Below, piece after piece: positions 43,197 through 52,348 of a DNA stretch of 64,000 bases (position 1 is its first letter; each line of letters opens with the position of its first letter). The position numbers were made by a program, and so were the translations under genes. The DNA is from an uncultured Planctomycetales bacterium. Lineage in GTDB: Bacteria; Planctomycetota; UBA1135; CAZMYG01. The notes beneath the pieces are model-generated. The model did no database searches and was not told the origin of the DNA. It was given only the letters and a program-made list of their open reading frames with translations. Location: NCBI GenBank assembly GCA_964570465.1, contig CAZMYG010000001.1:4174-68173 (forward strand), written 5' to 3'.

Positions 43197-44249
43197 ATGG
43201 CCCGCAAACGCACAAGGCGTCAGCGACCTGTCGCTGCCACAGCACTGAAGAAGCAATCTGAGGAACGCTACGAACCCATCGGGCCTGTCGTTCCCGAGGA
43301 CAATGGCGTTGGAGACATCCAGCCCAGAACGTCTCTCACGTTCTCGGAGTACAAGGCATTCGCAGACAAGTTCTGCGACTTCATGGGATGGGCCAACCCT
43401 GTCCACATTGGTCGCGGAATCCTGGCGGTGGCGGCGACGGTCATTCCAGACAACGCCCTGGAGATCATCGAGAACCACCACATCGAGAACAACCGAAACA
43501 AGAAGGATCGAAGGGTCTCGATCTACGCCAGCGACATGAAGCACGATCGTTGGCCGCAGACGCATCAGGGCTTGGCCTTCTCCTACAACTTGGACAAGGG
43601 CAAGTGGGAGATGTACGACGGCCATAATCGCTGTCAGGCGGCTCTCACGGCGGAGGTTGACTTCAAGACCTTGATCTTCTTCATGCCGCCAAGCTTCTCC
43701 GAGGAAGCGAAGCCAAAGACCGACACCGGGGCGTCTCGCAACATTCGTGACGCGGCGGCGATCATGGGCATGAACGTATCGACTCGTTGGCCTGTGATCG
43801 TTCGTGGAATCGCTTTCGGCGGAACGAACTTCAACAAGACCGTGAGCAACGACGCGATCTTCGACGCTTACGAGATCATCAAGGATTCCGTTGATTTCAC
43901 GCTCAAGGCGTTTAACAAGTCGCTCGCCGGCTTGTCAACGAAGGGCGTGATGGCGGCTGTCGGCAGAGCGTACTACCACGTCGATCACGAGAAGCTCGAA
44001 CAGTTCGTGAAGATCGTGTTCTCCGGGTTGGCCACCGATCCTAGCCATGTCTCTGCCGTGAAGCTGGCTCGCTGGCTCGTCAGGGACCAGCGTGGCGGCG
44101 GAATTGGCCAATACGAGACGTATTGCATGGCTGCGAGCGCCATTCAAGCGTTCGTTCGCGGCGAAGAGATTCAGCGTCTCTCCCCTGTTCGCGTTGACCC
44201 GTTCGCTCTTCCTGAAGAGATTGAATGGCGAATCGCGTCGATCTCGTAG
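43197..44249 (+). CDS. ParB N-terminal-domain-like (ParB/Srx nuclease-like) protein
   Basis: Track ORF 43152..44249; ATG at 43197 after GGAGA; MYDGHNRCQAA resembles the ParB DGxHR motif. Confidence 0.5.
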   Translation: MARKRTRRQRPVAATALKKQSEERYEPIGPVVPEDNGVGDIQPRTSLTFSEYKAFADKFCDFMGWANPVHIGRGILAVAATVIPDNALEIIENHHIENNRNKKDRRVSIYASDMKHDRWPQTHQGLAFSYNLDKGKWEMYDGHNRCQAALTAEVDFKTLIFFMPPSFSEEAKPKTDTGASRNIRDAAAIMGMNVSTRWPVIVRGIAFGGTNFNKTVSNDAIFDAYEIIKDSVDFTLKAFNKSLAGLSTKGVMAAVGRAYYHVDHEKLEQFVKIVFSGLATDPSHVSAVKLARWLVRDQRGGGIGQYETYCMAASAIQAFVRGEEIQRLSPVRVDPFALPEEIEWRIASIS

Positions 44250-44800
44250 CAGGACTGGCTACGATGGCAGGGAGTGGCTCGGCAGGCATCGCTACGATGG
44301 CGGGGCAGGGAGCGGCGATGCAGGCTCGATTAGGCTGCGATGGCCCGGCGCGGCTTTCCATCGCAGGCATCTCTACGTTGGCTTGGTAGCCTTGGTAGGC
44401 TCGGCAGGCAGGTCGCGGCCCGGATAGTCACGGCATCGCAGGGCGTGTACCGGCAGGCCCGTCGTGGGTGCGTTCGCTTGGAACGTCAACGCACGGCAGG
44501 CATGGACCGACACGGCTCGTCATGCTAGCGGGGGCATCGCAGGGCTAGGCAGGCCCGTACAGGCTGTGTCGGCAAGGCAAGGCAAGTCGAGGCAGGAATG
44601 ACTAGGCGGGTCCTGGAGAGGTATGTCGTGGCGAGGCAGGCGAGGCGCGTCACGCTAAGGAACGCAAGGTCGGTCACTGCAAGGCAGGCACGTCGCGGAA
44701 GGCACGGATAGGGCGGACTTCGCGTGGCAGGCAAGGCATGGCTAGGCCAGTAGTGGCAGCGCACTACAAGGCAGGCATTAGGAGCGTTTCGGCATGGATG
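44250..44800 (+). repeat. GGCAGG-rich strand-specific repeat block 2 (largest)
   Basis: About 12 GGCAGG, runs such as GGCAAGGCAAGGCAAG, repeated CTACGATGGC(A/G)GGG units; starts at the ParB-like stop codon. Confidence 0.75.
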
Positions 44801-44833
44801 CCATTTTCTTCACCTTTAGATTGAAGGTAGATC

Positions 44834-45607
44834 ATGGCTAAGTCAGTTGTGTTGGAAGGCTTTGAGGAAGAACCACAGAGCAACGGCGTCACCAAGAAGC
44901 CGCGTGGTCGTCCGCGAAAGGAGGTGACCGAAGCCTTCAAGGCGGTCGAGCAGGAGGCCGTCAAGGCCAAGGCGAAGAAGGAGGTCTTCACGGAAGAGAA
45001 GATCAAGATCGAGCCTTTGGTTCTCAAGGAGCTTCACTTGAGGATTCGAGGAAGAACGCCTTACATGCAGGCCAAGTTCAGCAAGAAGGCCCGCACGATC
45101 CTCGAAGAGCGTCACAAGGCCGGCTCGACTTCGCGGACGAAGAAGAACCGGACGGCCCGCGATTTCGACGACGACGGCGAAGGCGCTCGCTACAAGATGC
45201 CTGACAACAGCAGCGGCATCCCTTGTTCAGCCTTCCGAAACGCGATGATCTCAGCGTGTCGGTTGGTTGGCTTCAAAATGACTCTCGCAAAACTCTCGAT
45301 CTTCGTTCGCGCCGATGGGCTGGACGTGGAAGACGGAACGCCGCTTGTGAAGCTGAACGGCGACTACGAGATCACGGTGAAGCCGGTTCGTAACGCCACC
45401 GGCGTCGTCGATCTTCGTGCGCGTCCACAGTGGAAAGAGTGGAGCGCGCTTGTTCGTGTGACGTATGACTCGAAGCAGTTCGATGCTCAGGACGTCTACA
45501 ACTTGATGCACCGCGTTGGTCTTCAAGTAGGAGTCGGTGAAGGCCGACACGACTCCAAATCCTCGGCGGGCATCGGCCTTGGCGAATTCGACGTGGAGCT
45601 TGCATAG
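44834..45607 (+). CDS. hypothetical protein
   Basis: 257-aa track ORF; AT-hook-like KKPRGRPRK near the N-terminus. Confidence 0.6.
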   Translation: MAKSVVLEGFEEEPQSNGVTKKPRGRPRKEVTEAFKAVEQEAVKAKAKKEVFTEEKIKIEPLVLKELHLRIRGRTPYMQAKFSKKARTILEERHKAGSTSRTKKNRTARDFDDDGEGARYKMPDNSSGIPCSAFRNAMISACRLVGFKMTLAKLSIFVRADGLDVEDGTPLVKLNGDYEITVKPVRNATGVVDLRARPQWKEWSALVRVTYDSKQFDAQDVYNLMHRVGLQVGVGEGRHDSKSSAGIGLGEFDVELA

Positions 45608-45608
45608 C

Positions 45609-46076
45609 ATGGCTAAGGATGACAAAAACGATCTGGTCCTTGCTTGCCTTACGGCGATCAGGGACAACGATCCAGCTCGTCAGGTGCAGGCGGAGGCGGT
45701 TGTAGAAGCTGCCAGCGACGTCAGGCATCCGATGCACTCGATGTTTGAGTGGGACGACACGATCGCCGCTCATAAATACAGGATCGACCAAGCTCGTCAC
45801 ATCATCGCTCGGTGCCGAGTCCTCAATCCTGAGGATTCTGGCCCGAAGGTGATTCCCGCTTTCGTGAGCTTGGATGAGGATCGTAAGTTCGAGCGTGGCG
45901 GGTATCGTGACACGCTCGAAGTGAAGGCCGATCCTGTCCTTCGTGAGCAGCTTCTGAAGACCGCCTTGAAGGAGCTGGAGAGCTACAAGAGGCGGCACGC
46001 CATGCTGATTGAGATCGTCGGTCCTATTGATCGCCTCATCAAGCGAGTCAAGAAGGAAAACGGGATCAAGACGTAG
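45609..46076 (+). CDS. hypothetical protein
   Basis: Track ORF 45537..46076; ATG at 45609 directly follows upstream TAG; MFEWDDTIAAHKYRIDQARHII segment. Confidence 0.55.
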   Translation: MAKDDKNDLVLACLTAIRDNDPARQVQAEAVVEAASDVRHPMHSMFEWDDTIAAHKYRIDQARHIIARCRVLNPEDSGPKVIPAFVSLDEDRKFERGGYRDTLEVKADPVLREQLLKTALKELESYKRRHAMLIEIVGPIDRLIKRVKKENGIKT

Positions 46077-46530
46077 CAGGAGCGTCGTGGAGAGCAAAGT
46101 CGGTGCATGGCAGGGCATCGCAGGCGTGGTTGGATTGGCCAGGAAGGACGTCATCGCCAGGCGGCACAAGGCAGGCGGGGTATGGGTGGCACGTCAAGGC
46201 CCGCAAGGTCACGGCAGGGCTGGGCAGGCCGGTTGCGTCGTGTCTTGGATCGTCCCGGAAGGGTGAGGCAGGTAAGGCACGTCGCGTCAAGGCCCGAAAG
46301 GCCAGTCTTCGCAATGCAGGCAAGGACCGTCACGTCATGGCCCGGACCTGCGGGCAGTGGCAAGGCAGGCAAGTCGGGTCGGGGCTTGTCGCGGCATGGT
46401 ACGCCACGTTCGGCACGGCAGGCGAGGCGCGGCAAGGGCAGGCATGTACGGGCAGGGCAGGCGTGGCACGGCAAGGTAGACATGTAGGGGCAAGGCATGG
46501 CAGGCAGGTCATGACTGGGTAGGATTGCAA
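46077..46530 (+). repeat. GGCAGG-rich strand-specific repeat block 3
   Basis: About 11 GGCAGG/GGGCAGG plus GGCAAGG, GGCACG(TC), GTCACG words; three overlapping frames open at once. Confidence 0.75.
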
Positions 46531-46606
46531 TCGAGCGGCTCGTCAACTATACGGTCGGCCCTGAGATAGCATCAACGGGCCGATCGTTTTTAATACAAAG
46601 TGAGTT

Positions 46607-46906
46607 ATGCGCAAGCTATTAACAATAAGTTTGCCGCCTGATCTGCACGCTCGGATCAAGGCTAAAAAAGGAACTAATGTTTCACTCGTCTGTCAGAAGG
46701 CGATCGAGAAGCATCTTGAGTATCTGGAAGGTATTGATACTGGGAGGCTTCCGTCTGTACGTACACTCGTTACGCAGATTCATAACGCTGTATGCGTCAA
46801 GCGTGCTGACAAAGCTGACAAAGCTGACAAACCAGTAGAAGAGTCCAAGCCTCCTAAGAAGAAGAAAGCTAGCAAGAATGGCAAGTCAACAAATGGAAAG
46901 GCTTGA
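46607..46906 (+). CDS. ribbon-helix-helix (CopG/Arc-like) DNA-binding protein
   Basis: 99 aa; LTISLPPDLHARIKA N-terminal strand-helix signature; (GCTGACAAA)x3 encodes ADKADKADK; Lys-rich tail. Confidence 0.55.
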   Translation: MRKLLTISLPPDLHARIKAKKGTNVSLVCQKAIEKHLEYLEGIDTGRLPSVRTLVTQIHNAVCVKRADKADKADKPVEESKPPKKKKASKNGKSTNGKA

Positions 46907-47162
46907 CGACGGAACCAGGCCATGCTGCCTTTGCGGGAGGCCGCTTGAAAGCGCTCATGACTCTGGAGATTGGGAGTTCATGCAGCCGTGGGAAGGAGGC
47001 GAGATCACAATGATTTTCGCCTACGGTTCTCGGGAGTTTGACGAGGCTCCTGGCATGACCAAGTTTCGCGGCTTGATCTGCGATGGCTGCGCGAAGACGA
47101 TCGTAGATAAAGGGTGGCTTGATAAGACACGATACGGATTTCACGGGGAGCCTTGGGAATGA
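46878..47162 (+). CDS. hypothetical Cys-containing protein
   Basis: 94-aa track ORF; CCLCG...CDGC. Confidence 0.5.
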   Translation: MASQQMERLDDGTRPCCLCGRPLESAHDSGDWEFMQPWEGGEITMIFAYGSREFDEAPGMTKFRGLICDGCAKTIVDKGWLDKTRYGFHGEPWE

Positions 47163-47689
47163 CGCCAGAGGAACACGCCGAATGGCTGATGAGAAATCCA
47201 GATCGTGCTTACGAGCTAATCCAGCGCGGCCGAGAGAAGATTAAAATGCTGCGACAGATTCGCGACCAGCAAGCCGCCGAAATCTCGCGGCTGCGGGAGG
47301 AAGCTAAGGCTGTCAACGATCACAACGATTACCTGCTTGCGATTAGCGACAAGACACTCGCCGAGAACGCCCGACTCGCAAAACTCAACGCCGACCTGTC
47401 GGCCGGCGACGTGAAGGAGGTTTGCGAGTTGCGGGAAGAGTTGGAGCGGAAGGAGGAAGAAATCACGCGGCTGACCGCCAATCGAAACAGCGACATGCGG
47501 AAGGTTATCAAATGCGGTGAACTTAACACCCGCCTTCGCACCGCCATCGTCGAGGCTAGGCGGCAGGTAGAAGTTTGCCAGAACGTGCGGCACGATTACG
47601 GCGGCACTGAGGAAATGTATCTTGCCCTCGTCAAGCTCGCCGCCACACTGGACGCCGCTTTGGGAGAGGAGCGAGCGTCGGGAGGTTGA
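47153..47689 (+). CDS. coiled-coil protein
   Basis: 178-aa track ORF. Confidence 0.55.
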   Translation: MGMTPEEHAEWLMRNPDRAYELIQRGREKIKMLRQIRDQQAAEISRLREEAKAVNDHNDYLLAISDKTLAENARLAKLNADLSAGDVKEVCELREELERKEEEITRLTANRNSDMRKVIKCGELNTRLRTAIVEARRQVEVCQNVRHDYGGTEEMYLALVKLAATLDAALGEERASGG

Positions 47690-47721
47690 AATCCCTTGTC
47701 TGATGAGATAGAGGTTTCGCT

Positions 47722-47958
47722 ATGCCAAAGAATCTCAACAAGGTTCATTTCAACGATCGGATAGGACTTGCAATCAGCCACCACAGAAGGCGAGTTGGAA
47801 TCTCCGTAAAGTCCCTGGCTGATTGCTTGGGCGTGTCGAGACAGACGGTTCACGCATGGGAAAGGGGTGAACACGCTCCAGAGACTCACCGCCTACCAGA
47901 CATAGCTAAGGCGCTGAAGATGTCGTTTGCGGAGCTGGTTCGTGGCTTTGACCATTGA
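47722..47958 (+). CDS. XRE-family helix-turn-helix regulator (Cro/CI-type)
   Basis: 78 aa; VKSLADCLGVSRQTVHAWERGEHAP. Confidence 0.75.
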   Translation: MPKNLNKVHFNDRIGLAISHHRRRVGISVKSLADCLGVSRQTVHAWERGEHAPETHRLPDIAKALKMSFAELVRGFDH

Positions 47959-48027
47959 CAAGGAAGTCAACAGGTGTAAGGTATGGGATTACATTTAGGC
48001 CACAGCCCAATCGAGGAAGATCATCCC

Positions 48028-48855
48028 ATGATGCCTTGGTTCATGGTCAGAAGCAATCTCTACGACGACCCAGACGTGATCGCCCTTTCGGCCAAGACGG
48101 GACTGGACGAATATTCAGTTGTTGGAAGGCTCGTAAAGTTCTGGTCATGGCTGGACAAGCATACAGAGGATGGTCGAATTCCGTTTTGTGACAGTGTCAC
48201 AAGTTTGTCACGCCTCGATTCGATGTTTGAAGCGCAGGGCTTCGCTCAGGCAATGATCGACATTGGGTGGCTTGATGTCTCTGACGGGTGGGTCACTATC
48301 CCCCATTTTGATAGGTGGAATGGGGCGACCGCTAAAAAGCGAGCAAAAGACGCAATTCGGCAGAGAGAGCATCGCTCATTGCCGAAGGAAAAGCGTGACA
48401 GTGTCACAAAAACGTCACAAAAAAAGTGTGACAAAAGTGTGACCCTAGAGAAAGAGAAAGAGAAAGAGAAAGAGAAATACAAAGAAGAAGAAACCCCCTA
48501 TATTCCCCCTTTCGAGCTTTCGGCAGACGATCAGCAGAAGTCGAAGAAGCAGAGGGAGAAGCGACCCACCCATGAGCATGGGTCTGTTCAAATCCCAGAG
48601 GGACTCATGACGCCTGGGTTCCAGAGCGCTTGGGGCCGTTGGATCGAGTACCGATCGGCGATCAACCACCCTTACAAGGTACGCCACTCTGAAGAGGGGC
48701 AGCTCTTGTGGTGTCTCAAGAAAGGCCCTGATCGCGCGACCGCCTGCATCGAGGAGTCGATTCGCCAGGGATGGCAGGGAGTGTTCGACCCAGACGATAA
48801 GCGCGCTACGAACGCGCCAAAACCTTTCAAGCACGCCGCCCGGAGCTTCGACTGA
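48028..48855 (+). CDS. replisome-organizer-like replication protein
   Basis: Track ORF 47983..48855; ATG at 48028; MMPWFMVRSNLYDDPDVIALSAKTGLDEYSVVGRLVKFWSW resembles phage replisome organizer / DUF1376 N-termini; carries internal iteron-like repeats. Confidence 0.5.
   Translation: MMPWFMVRSNLYDDPDVIALSAKTGLDEYSVVGRLVKFWSWLDKHTEDGRIPFCDSVTSLSRLDSMFEAQGFAQAMIDIGWLDVSDGWVTIPHFDRWNGATAKKRAKDAIRQREHRSLPKEKRDSVTKTSQKKCDKSVTLEKEKEKEKEKYKEEETPYIPPFELSADDQQKSKKQREKRPTHEHGSVQIPEGLMTPGFQSAWGRWIEYRSAINHPYKVRHSEEGQLLWCLKKGPDRATACIEESIRQGWQGVFDPDDKRATNAPKPFKHAARSFD
48188..48479. repeat. iteron-like GTGACA/TGTCAC cluster plus (GAGAAA)x5
   Basis: 13-bp palindrome GTGACAGTGTCAC at 48188 and 48395; half sites at 48207, 48413, 48426, 48437; purine tract 48450-48479. 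Confidence 0.6.
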
Positions 48856-48856
48856 A

Positions 48857-49666
48857 ATGACTTACGCCGAGTTTTGGGAATGGTGGAACGATTACTCGAT
48901 CGCTTTTCCCTACGTCGATTCAAAACTCGGTTCGATCGAAGAAAAGGGAAACGAAGGCGGCAAGCAAACCCTTCGCGGTTGGTCGAAAGCGCTCGCTGAC
49001 GTGGCGCTCGCCGATGCGAAGCGCGTAACCGAAATGATGGTGCGCGGAGACATCGAGCCGGTCGATCAATTCAAGCTCGGCGAAACGGCAGCGATCGTCC
49101 GTCGTCACGCGAAAGAGCTGGCCTATCGAAAGAATTCCCCGGCAGAGGGGGAAAAGTCGTGGAAGCTTCCTGCGCAAGCAGGAGGCGTTATTAGCCACCT
49201 TCGCCTCAAGCCGGCCCTTGAGACCTATCTGAGGATGAAAGCTCACGGAGCGAGCGCCCAGGAGGTCACAGAGGCATTGCAGAGGATGATCCCTCCCGAT
49301 CCACCGGATAGACAGAGACGGTACCGCTGCCTACTGTGCAAAGATTCAGGCTTGGCTTGGGTCTGGTCCGTCAAGTCGATGATCGCCGTCGTTCAAAAAA
49401 CGATCGACGATCGGGCTAACCGTAGCTGGTGTTCGATCCCTTGCGAGTGCCCTCTCGGAGAGCCGTTTCTGGCACCTTACAAAGACGGCCGAAGACCCTA
49501 CTGGTCAAGACGATTCAATCCATCTCTCGACTGCCCATGCGAAGACGTGGACAGTATCGCCGCGATCAACGATCTGGAAGAGTTCGTGAAGCACCGCTTA
49601 GAAGGGCCAGCACGCTATGTCGAGTTCGACGAATGGAACCGATTGTCCCAGGATAGCCCTGACTGA
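48857..49666 (+). CDS. hypothetical Cys-rich protein (replication module)
   Basis: 269-aa track ORF starting 1 nt after upstream stop; YRCLLCKDSG...CSIPCECPLGE. Confidence 0.6.
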   Translation: MTYAEFWEWWNDYSIAFPYVDSKLGSIEEKGNEGGKQTLRGWSKALADVALADAKRVTEMMVRGDIEPVDQFKLGETAAIVRRHAKELAYRKNSPAEGEKSWKLPAQAGGVISHLRLKPALETYLRMKAHGASAQEVTEALQRMIPPDPPDRQRRYRCLLCKDSGLAWVWSVKSMIAVVQKTIDDRANRSWCSIPCECPLGEPFLAPYKDGRRPYWSRRFNPSLDCPCEDVDSIAAINDLEEFVKHRLEGPARYVEFDEWNRLSQDSPD

Positions 49667-49682
49667 GCAGAAGCTCCTGTCG

Positions 49683-49880
49683 ATGAAGCGCAAGGCTGAA
49701 TCAGAAATTCAAAGATGGGATGAGTGGCGACAGCGTTATCTTGATTGGCCTGTTTCAAAATACATAAACAGGGACAAGGAAGCCTTCATCGAAGACTGTG
49801 ACGCTGGAATCTACGCTCACAAAACAGCGATTGAACTAATCGACTACTTCTTAGCTGAGTACACAGATGGAAGACCATGA
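49683..49880 (+). CDS. small protein ending YTDGRP
   Basis: Track ORF 49617..49880; ATG at 49683 avoids a 50-nt overlap; start uncertain. Confidence 0.45.
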   Translation: MKRKAESEIQRWDEWRQRYLDWPVSKYINRDKEAFIEDCDAGIYAHKTAIELIDYFLAEYTDGRP

Positions 49881-50106
49881 ATTTAATATCGTCGAAAGCA
49901 GCAACAAGCAGGAAGTTCTCGATCTTGCTAACGAGCTTTGTGAAGAAGTCTTAGACGAGACGTTGTGGGAATACCCAATTGTCGGAGCGAACAGGATTGT
50001 CCCGATTGCTGACTGTGAGCGCATCAGGAGGGCCATGATAAGCATGGCGGCAATGCTTAAGCACTATGCAAAACGAGACGCAGGAGTAAACAGTGAGCGG
50101 CCCTAA
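49867..50106 (+). CDS. small protein ending NSERP
   Basis: 79-aa track ORF. Confidence 0.5.
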   Translation: MEDHEFNIVESSNKQEVLDLANELCEEVLDETLWEYPIVGANRIVPIADCERIRRAMISMAAMLKHYAKRDAGVNSERP

Positions 50107-50455
50107 GGAACTTTGGATCACGATCTCTCTCGACATCGTCAACTGCCGCATCACTCTGATCTCATGTGGAGAAACGAGAAAGGAGTGCGACGATCGCTTC
50201 AAGTCTATCAACGTAGAAGAACTTGAAGGCGAAGACAAAATCAAAGTAGAAGAGGCGATCGACAGTCCTTACATCAAGACGTTCAAGACGATGTCATTCG
50301 ATGAAGGATGCGATCCGCGACAGGACGCAATTGACTTCAGAGACAACGTCGGTGAATGGTTAGTGTCGTGCGGTGTCGCAAGAAGTGACGCCATTGAGAT
50401 CATCAAAGGAATTGGAACTGGAATCAGAAAGATAGTTGAAGAAAAGGAGGACTGA
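50093..50455 (+). CDS. hypothetical protein
   Basis: 120-aa track ORF, GTG start. Confidence 0.5.
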   Translation: MSGPKELWITISLDIVNCRITLISCGETRKECDDRFKSINVEELEGEDKIKVEEAIDSPYIKTFKTMSFDEGCDPRQDAIDFRDNVGEWLVSCGVARSDAIEIIKGIGTGIRKIVEEKED

Positions 50456-50456
50456 A

Positions 50457-51041
50457 ATGGACGGCCATAGACTGGGGAAGCTGATTGATCCTGACGGATA
50501 CGCTGAGCGTGATGCGACACACATCGCGATCGCTCCATTAGTTGCAGGAGAGAGGCTGCCGCGCGGATGCTACATCAAGCTGGCATGGGGAACCAACGAC
50601 TTAGCGATTGCCGCGCCCAATAAGAAAGAGGCGATCGGAATCGCAGACCCGTTCTTGGATGACGAAGACCCCGTGGCAAGATGGGGAGAGATTCCGCGAG
50701 GCGCTCGCTTCTGGGCGTTCCTGTGGCCAGGCTCGATCATCGGGCTACGGCATCACTGGGAGCATCCTGCATTTATGGAGCCATCAGTCAAGGCTAACGA
50801 GCATGAGGCATGGCTCAGGCAGTTTGCTGAACGCTGGCGGTTCAACTACGACCAACTCATTGAGAACGCAACTAACCCGTCAAGCGACTGGCGATACGTT
50901 ACGGCGAACGGCGTTGATTGCCACAGCGCAAGCGACCTGGGTGAAGATCACGACCTGTTCTGGAAGCATATCGAGGGCCTGACTGGCATGAAGAAGGACG
51001 AGCTTGACATTGAGAACATGGGCTGGTCTTGCTCTTGCTAG
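50457..51041 (+). CDS. hypothetical protein
   Basis: Track ORF 50436..51041; ATG at 50457 has AAGGAGG 7 nt upstream. Confidence 0.6.
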   Translation: MDGHRLGKLIDPDGYAERDATHIAIAPLVAGERLPRGCYIKLAWGTNDLAIAAPNKKEAIGIADPFLDDEDPVARWGEIPRGARFWAFLWPGSIIGLRHHWEHPAFMEPSVKANEHEAWLRQFAERWRFNYDQLIENATNPSSDWRYVTANGVDCHSASDLGEDHDLFWKHIEGLTGMKKDELDIENMGWSCSC

Positions 51042-51050
51042 GAGAATCTA

Positions 51051-51419
51051 ATGTGGCCATTCAAACGTTCGTCTGAACAGCTAGAAGATGCGATCAGAGA
51101 AGTGGATCGTCTAGTAGAGTCGCACGATCAGTACGTCGAGCGAGTTTTTCCAAATCACTTATATCGAGTAGAGGAGCCATGCATGTCGATCGACTTCGAC
51201 ATCGACGAGATTCAGTCCGACGAGATCAAAGCCATGAACGCTATCGAGGCGTGCTTCAACGAGCTTGACAAGCACGAGGTTCTAAGAATCCTTCGCTGGG
51301 TCGTTGATAAGTACGTGGCCGACGAAGACGTTCAGCCGCTCTCGTCGTCGTTGGTCGCAAGAAACATTCACAAGCGATCGACAACGACAACTGTTCCGAT
51401 GACGGAGACTAGGCCGTAA
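51051..51419 (+). CDS. hypothetical protein ending TETRP
   Basis: 122-aa track ORF, TAATG junction. Confidence 0.55.
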   Translation: MWPFKRSSEQLEDAIREVDRLVESHDQYVERVFPNHLYRVEEPCMSIDFDIDEIQSDEIKAMNAIEACFNELDKHEVLRILRWVVDKYVADEDVQPLSSSLVARNIHKRSTTTTVPMTETRP

Positions 51420-51694
51420 TGTCTCATTGGAACTACCGAGTTATCGAATACGATGAAAAGTTCATCGGAGTGACCTGTGGAATCCACGAGGTCTACTACG
51501 AAGACGACGGCTCAATTTACACCTGGAGCGCTCGTGCTTGTGGAATACAAGGCGATAGCCTAGAGGAGCTGTCGATGGAAGCTGATAGGATGATGCAGGC
51601 AATTACTCTCCCTGTTCTGAAGCTCAGCGAACTCGAAGACATGGAAGTCAAGCATGAACAACAAGATGAAAGAATGGACGGCGCAGGAAGATAA
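51419..51694 (+). CDS. hypothetical protein
   Basis: 91-aa track ORF. Confidence 0.55.
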   Translation: MSHWNYRVIEYDEKFIGVTCGIHEVYYEDDGSIYTWSARACGIQGDSLEELSMEADRMMQAITLPVLKLSELEDMEVKHEQQDERMDGAGR

Positions 51695-52019
51695 CTTCAT
51701 CGCGCACAAGTTCAGGCGTCTTGATGACTTCGACATAGCCGAAGCCCTCGGCAGGTACGAACATGAAGTCCGCTTCCGGCGTCTCGCTCTTGGATACGAT
51801 CGCAATAAGTTCTGCCGTGGCCCTTGTGCAGACAGGATGCCCGACGATCCAACTCCAGAAGAGATCGTAGCGAAATGCGCTCAAATTAAGTCGAAGTGGA
51901 CAAACGAAGAGCGACAGCGCCGAAGCAACGAAGGGCCGAGGCAAGAGTACGAAGTCATGCGATATCAGTCAAAGTGTCACCAAGGCACGCCGAGAATATT
52001 CACAAGAGAAGACACATGA
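51654..52019 (+). CDS. Myb/SANT-like HTH protein
   Basis: 121 aa; EWTAQEDNFIAHKF Trp-x-EED signature. Confidence 0.45.
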   Translation: MNNKMKEWTAQEDNFIAHKFRRLDDFDIAEALGRYEHEVRFRRLALGYDRNKFCRGPCADRMPDDPTPEEIVAKCAQIKSKWTNEERQRRSNEGPRQEYEVMRYQSKCHQGTPRIFTREDT

Positions 52020-52348
52020 CAACCGAAGAGGGGAAGGCTCTGTCTCCTGGAGATGTAGTGCAGATCATGCCCGAATACGATCCTGGAGACGGATCACGCG
52101 CTGGCTGGGTTGGAGCCTTCCTGTTGGTACACGAAGTCAAGTCCTGGGGAATCCAAGGCAGCGTTCATCATGTCGTAAGTCATGAAAAAAGCGGAACTGC
52201 TTTCGTCAGGATCAACTTTGAACACATCGAGTTCATAGGTGAGGCTCACGCTGTCCCGGCCGACCTGAAAACTTCAGTGGACAGCAAACGACGAATTGGA
52301 GAACTGTCAGATGGCGACTACGACGAAGAAGCCGAAACCCAAGGGTAA
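52016..52348 (+). CDS. hypothetical protein
   Basis: Track ORF 51896..52348; ATG at 52016 overlaps upstream TGA (ATGA). Confidence 0.5.
   Translation: MTTEEGKALSPGDVVQIMPEYDPGDGSRAGWVGAFLLVHEVKSWGIQGSVHHVVSHEKSGTAFVRINFEHIEFIGEAHAVPADLKTSVDSKRRIGELSDGDYDEEAETQG

Noticed and set aside
45372-46169. 265-aa minus-strand ORF
   Set aside because: It spans two plus-strand genes and part of repeat block 3, has a junk-like composition and is opposite to the operon direction.
44250-46530. Possibility that the GGCAGG blocks are CRISPR arrays
   Set aside because: There is no fixed-length direct repeat alternating with unique spacers. The units are short, degenerate and irregularly spaced, and no cas genes are present.
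46103-46546. Overlapping ORFs of 139, 126 and 131 aa inside repeat block 3 (similar ORFs occur in blocks 1 and 2)
   Set aside because: Several frames on both strands are open at once because the GGCAGG-type repeats lack stop codons. The peptides are repetitive low-complexity, so I treat this as noncoding repeat DNA.
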